Source: Candidatus Omnitrophota bacterium (GTDB lineage: Bacteria; Omnitrophota; Omnitrophia; Omnitrophales; Aquincolibacteriaceae). From it: a DNA stretch of 48,658 nucleotides. Location: positions 1-48,658 of the forward strand of contig JAZDJU010000059.1 of NCBI GenBank assembly GCA_043803685.1, given 5' to 3'. A program made the position numbers and the translations under genes. Positions within the stretch are counted from its first letter, which is position 1. Each line of letters begins with the position of its first letter. The notes under the pieces are model-generated. The model was not told the DNA's origin and did not search any database. It was given only the letters and a program-made list of their open reading frames with translations. Of the stretch, positions 41,701 through 48,387 are shown piece by piece.

Positions 41701-44700
41701 ATCAAGATACTGGACAGTCACTTCTTTCTTGCGGCTCCCCGGAGAGAATTCCGCGATCTTCGGATCGAGCACGAAGGCATTCTTGACCCTGTCATATCCG
41801 GCAAGATATTCATCCTTAACGAGCAGGCCAAGGATCTTTTCTCCGACCACGACCGCGGGCTTAACACCCGGAGTCCGGTAAGAACCCTGCACGGTGTAAC
41901 CAATGTTTGTCTTTTTAAGACCCGCGCGGGCGGCGGTCTTGTGAATAAAACTTGAAAAGCGGGTCGCGTAGCCGCCGGCCATGATCACAGGACGAACACC
42001 GAAATGATCGCGGAACAGATCCTGCTGGTATTGGATCGATTCCAATGTCTGACCAATATTTCGCAATTTCTGGTGCATCATTTTCAGCGCGGCCAATGCC
42101 CGAGATGTGGCCTCCTCGCGGCGATCTTCCGGTAAACGCTGATCCAGGATAAGGTCCTCAACACCCATGAGTTTATGAACGCTATCCAGCATCTGTTGGG
42201 TCAACTTGATCCCCGTCGCAATTTCTTGTCCGACCAGCTGATGGTCGCCGCGTTCCGGAGATTCTTTTGGGGAAGCAACCGCTTGCTTGTGGTATGAATG
42301 ATTCCCGCGAAGTCTTTCGACCAGGATCTTGAAGAACCGCCTTCGCTCATCATCTTCGCGCCCGAAACTCGAGCGGCTCCCATCACCGAATCCCGAGCTC
42401 ATCGTCGCGGACAAGATAGGAAGAACAGTAATCTCAGCTACGGTATCAAGCTTCACTTTGCCGTCATCATGTAACACACCGTCATATCTTTCATCCCGTA
42501 TCTCCACCACAGGCGGACGCACATTTTTCCCGGCGGTCAAGTGATAGCGGAAATTCGGATAGATCGTCTTGAGCTCTTCACGAAAAAGATTTTTGTCTAC
42601 TACTTTTTCAGTGAGCCGTTCGGTGTAATATTCGCCCAAAAGACCTTCCGCATGGATGTCCCCACTCACAGGATCTTCGCTTACGCCCCCAAGGATTTCC
42701 AGGATCTTTTCAGTTTCTTTCCTGCCAAGCCGAAGACTTGAATGATAATTTTCATCCTTTTCAACATTCCATTTCCCTGATCCCTCCCCGGCTTTCCCCT
42801 TAAAATTAAGCCCGTATTTTGTGATCACTCCGTTAGCATACAAAGGAATAGTAAAGTGAGATTTTCTCCCCAAAAGTCCAGGCTCGGTCTTTTTATGATT
42901 AAAGTATTTCGCGAGGGGATCCAGAACCTTCTCCTTCATTAACTCCCCCTCGTGATCCGCAAAAAATCCGATCCTCACCCCTCTTTCGATAAGTTCGCCA
43001 AGGGCTATCAGGGTATCTTCGCGGTCTGTGGCCAGCGCTTCCGTATCCATGGTCCTCCCGCCGAGATCGGCGGTCGTGGGCTTACGACCCACGATCACAT
43101 TGTCCACGGAGAATCCAATGAATTCGGGCAAGGGATGGGTGGCAGGGTCTTTTCCGTTATTCAGCAAGAGCTCTTGTAACCATACCGTTGTCGCGCCGGG
43201 ACCTGCGCCTATCTTCTTCACTTGAGGGTGATCCATCACCTGCCCCTGATCATAATCCACCGCGAGGACCGGCAACCCATCAATACCCGTAAGGATGCCG
43301 TCCCGGTCTTCCGGAGAAGACGTCAGTGCACCGATAAAATATCCGTTCTTCTCTTCAAGATTAAATTCCTTGAGAAATTCTTCCATCACGGTTTTTTTTG
43401 TAACAGGCTCTCTTTTATCATCCGCCCGGGTGATATCAATGGATGCCTCGCCGCCTTCACGGATCGCAATATCCACGGCTTCTCCGTTCTCACCCACCGG
43501 CAACTTCACAACCACATTCATCCGCATGCCTTGCGACGAGCTACCTCTCATTTCGGAACGCCGTACATTATGAAAAACACCCGTCTCCTCTGCCTTTGAA
43601 AGAACATTCCTGATGAATTGCCTTCTCGAGTCTTCTTCTGTGTCCGACACGTTATTCCCGGGCCACGCAGCGGAGGCGAACGGCGCCAGAGCGATCACTG
43701 AAACGCTGCCATCATCCATCGGATCCCGTTCTTCGATGAACGGGAATGACATATTGCCGGCGGGTGTCTTTTTATAAAAATTTGGATAAATGGACTCAAA
43801 AGACTCCGCAGGCACACGACGGCCTTGGGAATCGCGTGTGATCGAATCGTAATAATGTCCTAACGATCCCTCAAGGACCATTCCCGCGGCAGTTTCCCGG
43901 ATCGATCCAAGACTTTTTAAAATAACCTGTTTGGTTTCCTGGTTCATACGGAAGGGACGCCCATAGTCCGCATCGAAAAGCTGCTCGATCCCCGCGGAGG
44001 CAACGTTCACATGAAATTTCGTGGTCATAAGACTGGAATAAAAATCGATCCGTGCTGTTTTTTCTCCAAGTTGAGAGCCGACGAGTTTGCCCAGAGGCTC
44101 TCCGATGCGCTCAAAAGCGACCTTCGAACTGCTATCCGTAAAAAAAACAATTTGAACGCCTCTCAGAACAAGCTTTGCCAGCGCCTCGGCGATCCCGCGC
44201 CGGTCGGCCATAAGCCCTTCTTTGGACGCACTGCCCGATATGGATTTTTTGAGCCCAAGCACGGTATCATCAATATCAAGACCGACGAACAAGGGGAGCT
44301 TGTTCTTGGGAAGGTCCGCAAGTCTTGCGAGTTCCCGCTCCGTAGCGCCGACCCCGACTCCGATACCCCGAACACCCGGAATGATCCCCTTTTGATCCGC
44401 ATCGACTCCAAGCACGGTCAATCCTTTGACCCCAGACATAGCCCCATCTCGCGCATCGACGCTCTGGTTTTCGTTACCGATGTAAATGCCGCGCTTGGGA
44501 TCAAGTCCCGTGGAGCGGACATAATCTTCCATAGCGTTCTTTTTGGTGGGCATCGGGTGCATGGCAAACTCGACCGTATAATTACCGCCCTCCCGAAGCT
44601 TAACAGTCGCCACGGAACCATCCGCTTTAACAATATCCACCAAATAGCTTTCTCTCACCACTTTCCGCACCTCGGAGCGAGAAATATTCGGATCCTTCGA

Positions 44701-46914
44701 ATGGCTAACTTCAGTCGCTTTCCTAAGGGCCTCGTCGGCCCCAAGCCCCATCGCACGAAAATTCGCCGCATTACGCTCTAACTCCGAATACGTATCCCCG
44801 ACTTTGAAAGGATTCTCCTTAAAAGAGACCGAAACGAGAGAGCCATCGCCCAATTGTAGAAATGTATCCTCCTCATTGCCCGTCCCGTAAGGATCATTCA
44901 ATAAATCCACAACGGTCAGGCCTCCTTCTTGCCTAACTTCAGAACGAGCCAAATCAAGCGTAGGAGAACCAATGATGGTCTTAGCAAAAGCGGACTTGAG
45001 GCCGGAGTTCTCTGGTTCGGAATTGATCATGCCGAGGACAAGCTCACGAATATCGCGAGCCCAATCCTTGGTTGTGGCAATCCCGGTCACGGCGACTCGT
45101 TGGGCGCGATCAATAAGACTAAGAAGTGCCGCGATCTGCGAAGTCTTGATATCACGACTGCCCAACATCGACCGAAGATAGATTTCATGATCTCGCTTTG
45201 AGACTTCGGCGATGCGCGGGGTGATCTGGATGTAAGAGCAGTTCCTGGATGAGGCGAGTTTCTTAAGGCCGTCGGCGTGGAAACCACCGGTGACGATCAC
45301 AGCGCGTTGCTGCTTCGTCTCGCTCATTTTCTTCAAGGCGTTTTGGAACATCTTGTTTTCGCGAAGAATGGCAGTCTCGTAAAACTCGACCGCCTTCGCG
45401 AAAACAGACTGAAGACTGGAGACTGAAGACTGCAGTCCCCTCACCCCATCCCTCTCCCCCTGGGAGAGGACCGGCGAGGGCAAAGCTTTTTGCTGTGGTC
45501 TGTGGTCTGCGGTCTGTAGTCCCGCCGCAAGCTCCTCGGATGAGATATGCAAGTTCCGGAGTTCTTCGTACTCGGAACGCGTCATCTCAAGGCTGAATAG
45601 ACGCTTTAAGAGGTAGAGCTTGCGTGCGGCGGTGAGATACTCTTTCTCTTCCGGTGTCTGAGCCAAAGCGGTCTGGATCATGTCTTTCAGGCGCACGGTC
45701 TCTTCGTGGAGCCCCTTCCCTTCCATCTCCTGCATCAGGATGATGTATTGGGCATAGAGCGTCCAGTTCGGCCACGCCTTCATCGAAAAATCTTTCGGGA
45801 GTTTCTCGAAAGCCTGATCAAATGCGGCGCGAAGCGGCGAATATTCACGACCCACGTTCCACGTGCCACGCTCCACGCCTCCCGTGGCCCTTGGCTCGTG
45901 GCTCGTGGCTCGAAACTTCCCAATGATCTCCTTCGAAATTCCCCGTTTCTCGAGTTCCTTAATGAAGGACGCCTCTTCGACACTCGCTTTATCGCGGTCG
46001 ATCTTGGAGCCGATGGCCTGGAGACGGAAATAGCGGATGAGGGACGGATACTGATCCTGATAAAAAGCATCGGAAAGGTCGGTCTTGAGATGTTTCTTGC
46101 TTCCTTCTCCAAGGGTCTTGATCCAGCTTCCAAAAGAGACGGTCCCGGAACCTAGAGCCTCTTCCTGGCGGACGAGGCTTAGGAGATCCTTGTTCAGCTT
46201 GGAAGCAAAGCGTTTGTCGATCGACGCACGGAGCTTCATTAAATAATTCTCAGCGGTCTTTTCTTTCTTCGCAACCTGGATGAACGCCTCACGATCTTTT
46301 TTGTAGGCATCTAAATCCTCCATGCCAAAAGCCTGCATGGAGCCGGATGACGGATGGAGGATGGAGGATGGAGTAAGCGGTTTTTCGCCTTCCGCCATCC
46401 GCCCTCCGCCATCCATTTTTTGATTGATCAAAAAATTCTCCGGCCCCGTCAAATAGCCTTCCTGCATGAGCTTGTCCGTGACCTTGCGATTGAAATCGGG
46501 ATTTCCGGGAAAGAGGCGAAAGAGTTCGGGGTTGAGTTTGCCGGCGGCGCCTTCGAGGAACATCGTCTTTACGGAAGAGTTCTTTTCGATATAACCCAGA
46601 AGCTTCTCGATATTATTTTCCGCCTGATAATTTCCGTGCGCGGATTGGATATGAATGAATGCCGGGGCTTTGGGATCGCCCGTGACCGTCTCGGTCACTT
46701 GACCGAATTCTGCGGGGATGGCCAGCGTACTCGCCGTAAGTGAAGACACTTCTCCCGCGAGCGTGGACACACCCGTCGCGGCGAATGTTTCAGGAGTAAT
46801 TCCAAGACTGGTAAGAGTAAAATTAAAAACGACGGCGGAGGCGATGAACTTCATGGCGGGAGTACGTTGGTCCATTGTGGGGGCCCATCCTTTTCTTTGG
46901 ATTTTAAAAGCCAT
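32752..46914 (-). CDS. Giant multidomain protein B, 4720 aa, modules delimited by RSExR
   Basis: Uninterrupted ORF in the track. Hydrophobic N-terminus (MKFIASAVVFNFTLTSLGITPETFA), N-domain shared with giant A, ten RSE[VM]R plus one RSEAR, and recognisable enzyme motifs. The exact start (46914, 46875 or 46854) is uncertain. Confidence 0.95.
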   Translation of the reverse strand: MAFKIQRKGWAPTMDQRTPAMKFIASAVVFNFTLTSLGITPETFAATGVSTLAGEVSSLTASTLAIPAEFGQVTETVTGDPKAPAFIHIQSAHGNYQAENNIEKLLGYIEKNSSVKTMFLEGAAGKLNPELFRLFPGNPDFNRKVTDKLMQEGYLTGPENFLINQKMDGGGRMAEGEKPLTPSSILHPSSGSMQAFGMEDLDAYKKDREAFIQVAKKEKTAENYLMKLRASIDKRFASKLNKDLLSLVRQEEALGSGTVSFGSWIKTLGEGSKKHLKTDLSDAFYQDQYPSLIRYFRLQAIGSKIDRDKASVEEASFIKELEKRGISKEIIGKFRATSHEPRATGGVERGTWNVGREYSPLRAAFDQAFEKLPKDFSMKAWPNWTLYAQYIILMQEMEGKGLHEETVRLKDMIQTALAQTPEEKEYLTAARKLYLLKRLFSLEMTRSEYEELRNLHISSEELAAGLQTADHRPQQKALPSPVLSQGERDGVRGLQSSVSSLQSVFAKAVEFYETAILRENKMFQNALKKMSETKQQRAVIVTGGFHADGLKKLASSRNCSYIQITPRIAEVSKRDHEIYLRSMLGSRDIKTSQIAALLSLIDRAQRVAVTGIATTKDWARDIRELVLGMINSEPENSGLKSAFAKTIIGSPTLDLARSEVRQEGGLTVVDLLNDPYGTGNEEDTFLQLGDGSLVSVSFKENPFKVGDTYSELERNAANFRAMGLGADEALRKATEVSHSKDPNISRSEVRKVVRESYLVDIVKADGSVATVKLREGGNYTVEFAMHPMPTKKNAMEDYVRSTGLDPKRGIYIGNENQSVDARDGAMSGVKGLTVLGVDADQKGIIPGVRGIGVGVGATERELARLADLPKNKLPLFVGLDIDDTVLGLKKSISGSASKEGLMADRRGIAEALAKLVLRGVQIVFFTDSSSKVAFERIGEPLGKLVGSQLGEKTARIDFYSSLMTTKFHVNVASAGIEQLFDADYGRPFRMNQETKQVILKSLGSIRETAAGMVLEGSLGHYYDSITRDSQGRRVPAESFESIYPNFYKKTPAGNMSFPFIEERDPMDDGSVSVIALAPFASAAWPGNNVSDTEEDSRRQFIRNVLSKAEETGVFHNVRRSEMRGSSSQGMRMNVVVKLPVGENGEAVDIAIREGGEASIDITRADDKREPVTKKTVMEEFLKEFNLEEKNGYFIGALTSSPEDRDGILTGIDGLPVLAVDYDQGQVMDHPQVKKIGAGPGATTVWLQELLLNNGKDPATHPLPEFIGFSVDNVIVGRKPTTADLGGRTMDTEALATDREDTLIALGELIERGVRIGFFADHEGELMKEKVLDPLAKYFNHKKTEPGLLGRKSHFTIPLYANGVITKYGLNFKGKAGEGSGKWNVEKDENYHSSLRLGRKETEKILEILGGVSEDPVSGDIHAEGLLGEYYTERLTEKVVDKNLFREELKTIYPNFRYHLTAGKNVRPPVVEIRDERYDGVLHDDGKVKLDTVAEITVLPILSATMSSGFGDGSRSSFGREDDERRRFFKILVERLRGNHSYHKQAVASPKESPERGDHQLVGQEIATGIKLTQQMLDSVHKLMGVEDLILDQRLPEDRREEATSRALAALKMMHQKLRNIGQTLESIQYQQDLFRDHFGVRPVIMAGGYATRFSSFIHKTAARAGLKKTNIGYTVQGSYRTPGVKPAVVVGEKILGLLVKDEYLAGYDRVKNAFVLDPKIAEFSPGSRKKEVTVQYLDPEKVRSYLGVDPEEVEIFQTTPEGGHGDHLVQVSSILKTRNKKTAYFQVAFGEMSTAIDRSLTNPSLITYLEILGQDAQAVAGGKPSDGKIEGKGNFFFNGDGQQLLLYTDWGIIPHRKKMKGARHDKVWSEFGEKLAVLENKLESLRKGDPKALKGAVQKLREEKDNEYFSISDDGYVLTQELLLAVNKDLKNWKDLDKERQAFIRNHFAVMENGSSGAELLISSNTAIVQADLLYELKTDVDAQYLNGGYADYDPKNGMDDVHLTRMWTVDPKNGETQALAWNLFGMIADRNLKASGASSGSQYQTRFVNVGDTPASIKDSARQREFAEKIRDTEGEPRWVGYRPLTVSEGRAFATISGLLIEGKDNKAKEKLEGLLKNKAYFSGFRHVAQALFARSQDQKWQADLLEVLESIRSQPPFFHDLISTDRPNGWVLSGVVESAIMEAVDAGVVGGNVEALTTDLHYATQIIQLRNRYAEKVRKNGKKREEYLLERLSFLLTESLRNEGGKIEDLLKFRDNFSPEHPTRADMPEAAKEKPQVITITGGTSSGTLWVPVLESLGIRAHAGIKSVVGNTDDGGSTAKLIKTLNDAGFGITPPLGDLMNATSGAMTLDKKIHLMGDGGRISVEKGKNPTFEEMVLPFIHRTIADAGIEAQPLELQPDFFYFARILLAAVRKVDELNREIQNRNETLQEGEKAKLIEVNGQSIRNIYLLGFLVNKGLFAEADEKKKDKPAFGSREAQKKYDQALKEAVDAAGAEQFSVTLSSLDPKTLYAEYEGHTLAIGMPSTDPKTGKPVTAYPNPAVITRGENGTVSVTRPMLKEGEPGRKEVVPGDASRTIGIEEGIEITAEFGGIALQVDGKLWKLDDSDPDNLTFTSDEGNVKIVMPDGTGREWDQATGKVKEGPLFESKAGARVYWVSRFVKKQTNITELINLSKILKIGLLDGFGEFVNILRGGTAPVRLEPNHALLESIRLAKPQDVILIGPGSHFTSIMPHLMVQGMPEALQTARGNGARVILVMNGSFDNETANYSPYELLETLEVTIKERSKNLRLTDMITDIAIAVPDHRIAREKVKEEIEKQVERMLGGGEFNEVFKARSLNSVEDKQKLLWDEAALEEAVRLLSKDAKRKSSLGELAALVKKDKHDPQSRLSKKLREIDEDPSALMPSEVAWLILAALEEKESILKANAAASAMSADRLDEAAAKTVFLDFLGEQTSLSIEQGAEALRELQFFVLLHAMYPQIKFSIRTDVGAASDAAKKSRGGIALMWEEKELIKSRWPELNEHIIKFPTRTVVAKRVAKREQGKFEDRVLFDPKVVAETLAPHIKRSEMRSFTPAERAIVDQAGQTLVNALGQRAKYDVKTGTWTPITETDLLRMKFDMGLVLGSADERVPEEAAELLKLLRLNGSEGMEVITSGKYGPPEKVLLALNKPDGKGGRITEAEYFAAKMAAKGVPVKEKFIEKESISTVENLWKSRAIILKEMPSAKRILLMGMPWMQAKQAGVFVVEFTKQEGKTLAEAGIELVSYTPYIPDIASMSDEKAMAWLKVGLDEASKVKNWPNQNGKDGKPLSAPVPMGSDVENAMKTLSALLTRVEVESQVTNNQGPGLRSEGEASKKSRSEVRMATLGNFDKIGSRQDSSVGDVFPVSGHGKVLLETQGLRPLMLQNARSEVRHSFLKLFFLAGAFAVVLSAPSAKESFPAQFRIEPQVQVRYTAREFGNEIGMTGRIFNNFFPLMDAVNVVLIGEEDAYRLDNDENIVRMSREYQMLPATFSEMAGFALIKGQYHRRMADLITDSLHLPAVSLPVIFLKKKPGGSNLVAFAHELSHLGQVAYPEGRTSLDGYAAIAQEREAFLNSMLVFRLTNPKSTFFDFARAQDGVTKERFPDAAIQRILASNPGSHLETERQMWQAIDVEIGPRQSLDQLSAQELNDLKTRVLKKNASAANVVGQANEPDDASSESSSQEVRTAPPLRDDDFQGIRGGEFADALKRWYSELFETAIVPVERVEMVLGYQRSFAETYQREAKKELMDVVLQLRLGQIQSLIYIGLKKGNGASSIAAEIRPVLRKAAEATSDGSESRKTLLLLSDRAMDVVEVLKKKYEEIQKQGRSEVRLKPAQEKQFNRIEDRKPQTMTVSSLLFPAFAMPDLAHFQFQLMGVDTHVLNAVFAALAVITFTRLNGYLVLYLISGYKRFERSGSELTGEQALKARLSRDARYMALFAGLACGEYLKYFIGELTLGILLFQFTWITALFFLEMSVYRFVFLKFFNFIRSIAGMDRKDASGTKVVPESRSEVRLTEAEFQKAKKELKESLFLDYFLLGESFNGREYNFIYDLRWKRVSRRIAAAETLGRSKDFRAVPILIDALGDSRESVRNAVEAALQEIGGSVATTALNEYSWKERERREVAESNSVSSDDDEDRGYWEGIGGPGGSRSEVRLTPAQEKQFQKAMSDLQPKWWDGRFNDSGVNRKLAAVRILRDKKALPELLAALEHESAFVRKAVAEALAVLKDFTAIPVLTVALDKEKDGAVWFAIAEALWQCGDTKITGRLIAALTDASAYVRSMSAELLGKHKEKNAVSALIDALKDAPTSAARALRDIKDDRLIQLQRYFVWISYGMGSYNALDAEAIQVIKANLERGEETKATYVEEQEQSHLEGEDNSVTDEGWPKGGGPFPGPGTDDRYKVVDVPGELKITIVRSEARSSIRAENGDKADVAPSEVRTETPVVSQVSLANTSSLGTKIRVALGVVEKIVSPLVSSAPAFAEEIKPQLFVGTAHYQQVSVVPSAFATKWPVFGKIISRFATASTERMVIDQRQGIPDAASVLPLVTFALYNARSEVRLALIADASEVAAFEKELAALSAKGALPQNFKVQAFGDENEFVGAFAGFYNSAAPFGKSVALITDRENSVVTQKIGSRKHLLSVVGASDPLKQTASTLLAADKLLNESIWSLGYHFVSVEKLGGLEALMAELTTYVAAQAKVLASA
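33910..34680 (-). repeat. HEAT/PBS-lyase-like repeats in two RSEVR-delimited modules of giant B
   Basis: AVPILIDALGDSRESVRNAVEAALQEIG, ALPELLAALEHESAFVRKAVAEALA and LIAALTDASAYVRSMSAELLG. Confidence 0.85.
35800..36681 (-). other. Internal signal-like segment plus HExxH zinc-metallopeptidase-like module in giant B
   Basis: RSEVR-HSFLKLFFLAGAFAVVLSAPSA, then AFAHELSHLGQ (36220-36234) with a downstream QEREAF. Confidence 0.55.
37030..37570 (-). other. DUF218 (YdcF/ElyC/SanA)-like domain in giant B
   Basis: DMGLVLGS, AAELL, VITSG, TEAEYFA...GVP...IEKESISTVENL and RILLM. Confidence 0.75.
37730..40086 (-). other. YvcK/CofD (UPF0052)-like domain in giant B, with large insertions
   Basis: VITITGGTS, NTDDGGST, PPLGDLMN, ILIGPGSHFTSIMPHL and FDPKVVA. 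Confidence 0.75.
40730..42000 (-). other. GlmU/NTP-transferase-like domain in giant B
   Basis: PVIMAGGYATRFSSFIHKT, QTTPEGGHGDHL and QVAFGEM parallel ILAAGxGTRM.S..PK, Q...LGTGHA and LYGD. Confidence 0.6.
42300..44664 (-). other. Two circularly permuted HAD-like (class IIB) phosphatase units in giant B
   Basis: Unit 1: EGG..VEF..TKKNAM..IYIGNE..D, then GLDIDDTV..VFFTDS. Unit 2, after RSEMR: EGGEASIDI..TKKTVM..YFIGA..D, then GFSVDNVI..GFFADH. Confidence 0.65.
45405..45521. repeat. In-frame heptamer palindromic insertion with a nested CCCCTCACCCC...GGGAGAGG hairpin
   Basis: (NAGACTG)x4 and (CTGYRGT)x4 arms enclose CCCCTCACCCCATCCCTCTCCCCCTGGGAGAGGACCGGCGAGGG (45437-45480). Encodes LQTADHRPQQKALPSPVLSQGERDGVRGLQSSVSSLQS. 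Confidence 0.8.
45846..45912. repeat. In-frame heptamer palindromic insertion
   Basis: (CACGNNC)x4 facing (CGTGGCT-like)x4. Encodes RATSHEPRATGGVERGTWNVGRE. Confidence 0.8.
46345..46414. repeat. In-frame heptamer palindromic insertion
   Basis: (GGATGGA-like)x4 facing (NTCCGCC)x3. Encodes MDGGGRMAEGEKPLTPSSILHPSS, which is absent at the aligned position of giant A. Confidence 0.8.
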
Positions 46915-47340
46915 ATGGAGAAATCTCTTTTTGCTTTTTAAATTCCTTCAGAAACTAAATCGTGCGGGAAGCCTAACATGTGTTTTTGTTTTTGGCAAAT
47001 GACACGCCCAAAAAATTGCGATTAAAATCGTTAGGCGGCTATCACTGAACGATAAGTATCGTCTTGCAGTAGTCACCGTTTCTTCTTTATAATTCCATGA
47101 AGCACTCGCGCTGTCAAAAGCTAGCATCCATACTCATTCAGCCGGCATCGCAATCCTTGAGAAGAATTTTTACTTGCCCCTTGCAGCTTGGGTGCGCCCA
47201 AAGTGTGCCCGCGTCTTCTTCTGGCTTTTATTGCAAGGAAAAAAATTCAAAAGGTCAGGCATTGGTCAAGCTGTTCGGGCTAAGCTATACCTCCTTGTAA
47301 AAATAAAGTTGCTCGGAGAATTGCCAAAGGAGAGCCGGTC

Positions 47341-47562
47341 ACGAAATACAAGATAGTATTGGAGGCGGAGCAAAAAGGCGGTTATTCCGTTTATGTTCCC
47401 GAACTCCCCGAATGCGCCTCGCAAGGCGAGACCCGCCAAGAAGCTATCAAGAACATCAAGGAAGCCATTCATCTTTACTGCTGGTCCGTGAAGCAGGATC
47501 GCGAATCTTTGCAAAAATCCCACATTATGATCCGCGACATTTCGGTCCCCTATAAAACCTGA
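47341..47562 (+). CDS. hicB: HicB-family antitoxin, orphan, with ACG at the expected start position (possible pseudogene)
   Basis: (ACG)KYKIVLEAEQKGGYSVYVPELPECASQGETRQEAIKNIKEAI is a typical HicB N-terminal fold. AAGGAGAG lies 6 nt upstream of the ACG. No hicA is adjacent. Confidence 0.75.
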   Translation, partial: TKYKIVLEAEQKGGYSVYVPELPECASQGETRQEAIKNIKEAIHLYCWSVKQDRESLQKSHIMIRDISVPYKT

Positions 47563-47659
47563 GCCATACCCTTCATATATTTCCTGAATGGTCGGCAGGA
47601 CTGCCCCAATCCCAACGTAAAATCCAGCTCAAGGCTCCGACGCCGCCGATACTTATCCG

Positions 47660-47971
47660 TCAGGTCTTTTTCGGGCCAGCCTGTATCACCGCATAGTCCG
47701 CTTCGATGATGTTCCGGAAATTCTCGTCCGTCTCCGCCCAGTCGATCACATCGACCTTAAAGGACAGATCGGATTCCGAGAATGCATGACGAACAGCGGC
47801 CAGTTTTTCCGTCGATAAGATCCGGGAAGACCGAACGGCCAGGTCGAGATCCGAGAACGGTTTCAGATTCCTGCCGTGAACCCTTGAACCAAAAGCGATC
47901 ACTTCATATTCCGGAACATGCCGCCTGAGGATATCGCAAACGAGGGTCCTCTCTTCGGGTTTCAGATGCAT
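47660..47971 (-). CDS. mntA: Minimal nucleotidyltransferase (MNT) antitoxin, HI0073-like
   Basis: AFGSRVHGRNLKPFSDLDLAV (GS...DxD) and FKVDVID; 103 aa; starts 2 nt downstream of the HEPN gene. Confidence 0.85.
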   Translation of the reverse strand: MHLKPEERTLVCDILRRHVPEYEVIAFGSRVHGRNLKPFSDLDLAVRSSRILSTEKLAAVRHAFSESDLSFKVDVIDWAETDENFRNIIEADYAVIQAGPKKT

Positions 47972-47973
47972 CG

Positions 47974-48387
47974 TTATTTCGGCTGGAGCAGTTTTAGCAG
48001 ATCTTCTGCGGAGCGAAGGAACGCGGGCAGGGTTTGATAAACGCGATCGGCCTTGGCTTCATCATACGTATGGGCCGTGATATTGCGAAGCTCCCGGTAG
48101 GAAAACCATTTTTCGGGATCCGGGATCAGCCCCTTCTCCGCGCCGGTGCGCACAAGGTCCCGGAAAGACAGATGATCGATATTTTGCGTTGAAGAAGCGG
48201 AGAGCTCAAGATGCCGTTGGAGCATCTTGACGCACAATTCATAGGAATATTCAAAAGCCTGGATCGAGGCGGCGCGAAATTGAATGAATAATTCCTCGTT
48301 TTTTTTAGCATCCTCGCTACGAGCGAACTGGAGGCTTTTTCCCAGCTGGTTGATCGCTTTTTTTAATGGCGTTAGATCCAGAATCAC
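47974..48387 (-). CDS. HEPN-domain protein, HI0074 family (putative RNase toxin of a HEPN-MNT system)
   Basis: IQAFEYSYEL and RNITAHTY (Rx4HxY); GTG start after GAGGTG. Confidence 0.85.
   Translation of the reverse strand: MILDLTPLKKAINQLGKSLQFARSEDAKKNEELFIQFRAASIQAFEYSYELCVKMLQRHLELSASSTQNIDHLSFRDLVRTGAEKGLIPDPEKWFSYRELRNITAHTYDEAKADRVYQTLPAFLRSAEDLLKLLQPK

Noticed and set aside
743..44946. RSExR-coding 15-mers as a CRISPR array or a purely DNA-level repeat
   Set aside because: They are irregularly spaced, always in frame and synonymously variable, and there are no cas genes.
47085..47117. TTGACA upstream of giant B as its promoter
   Set aside because: No convincing -10 hexamer at 16-18 nt spacing.
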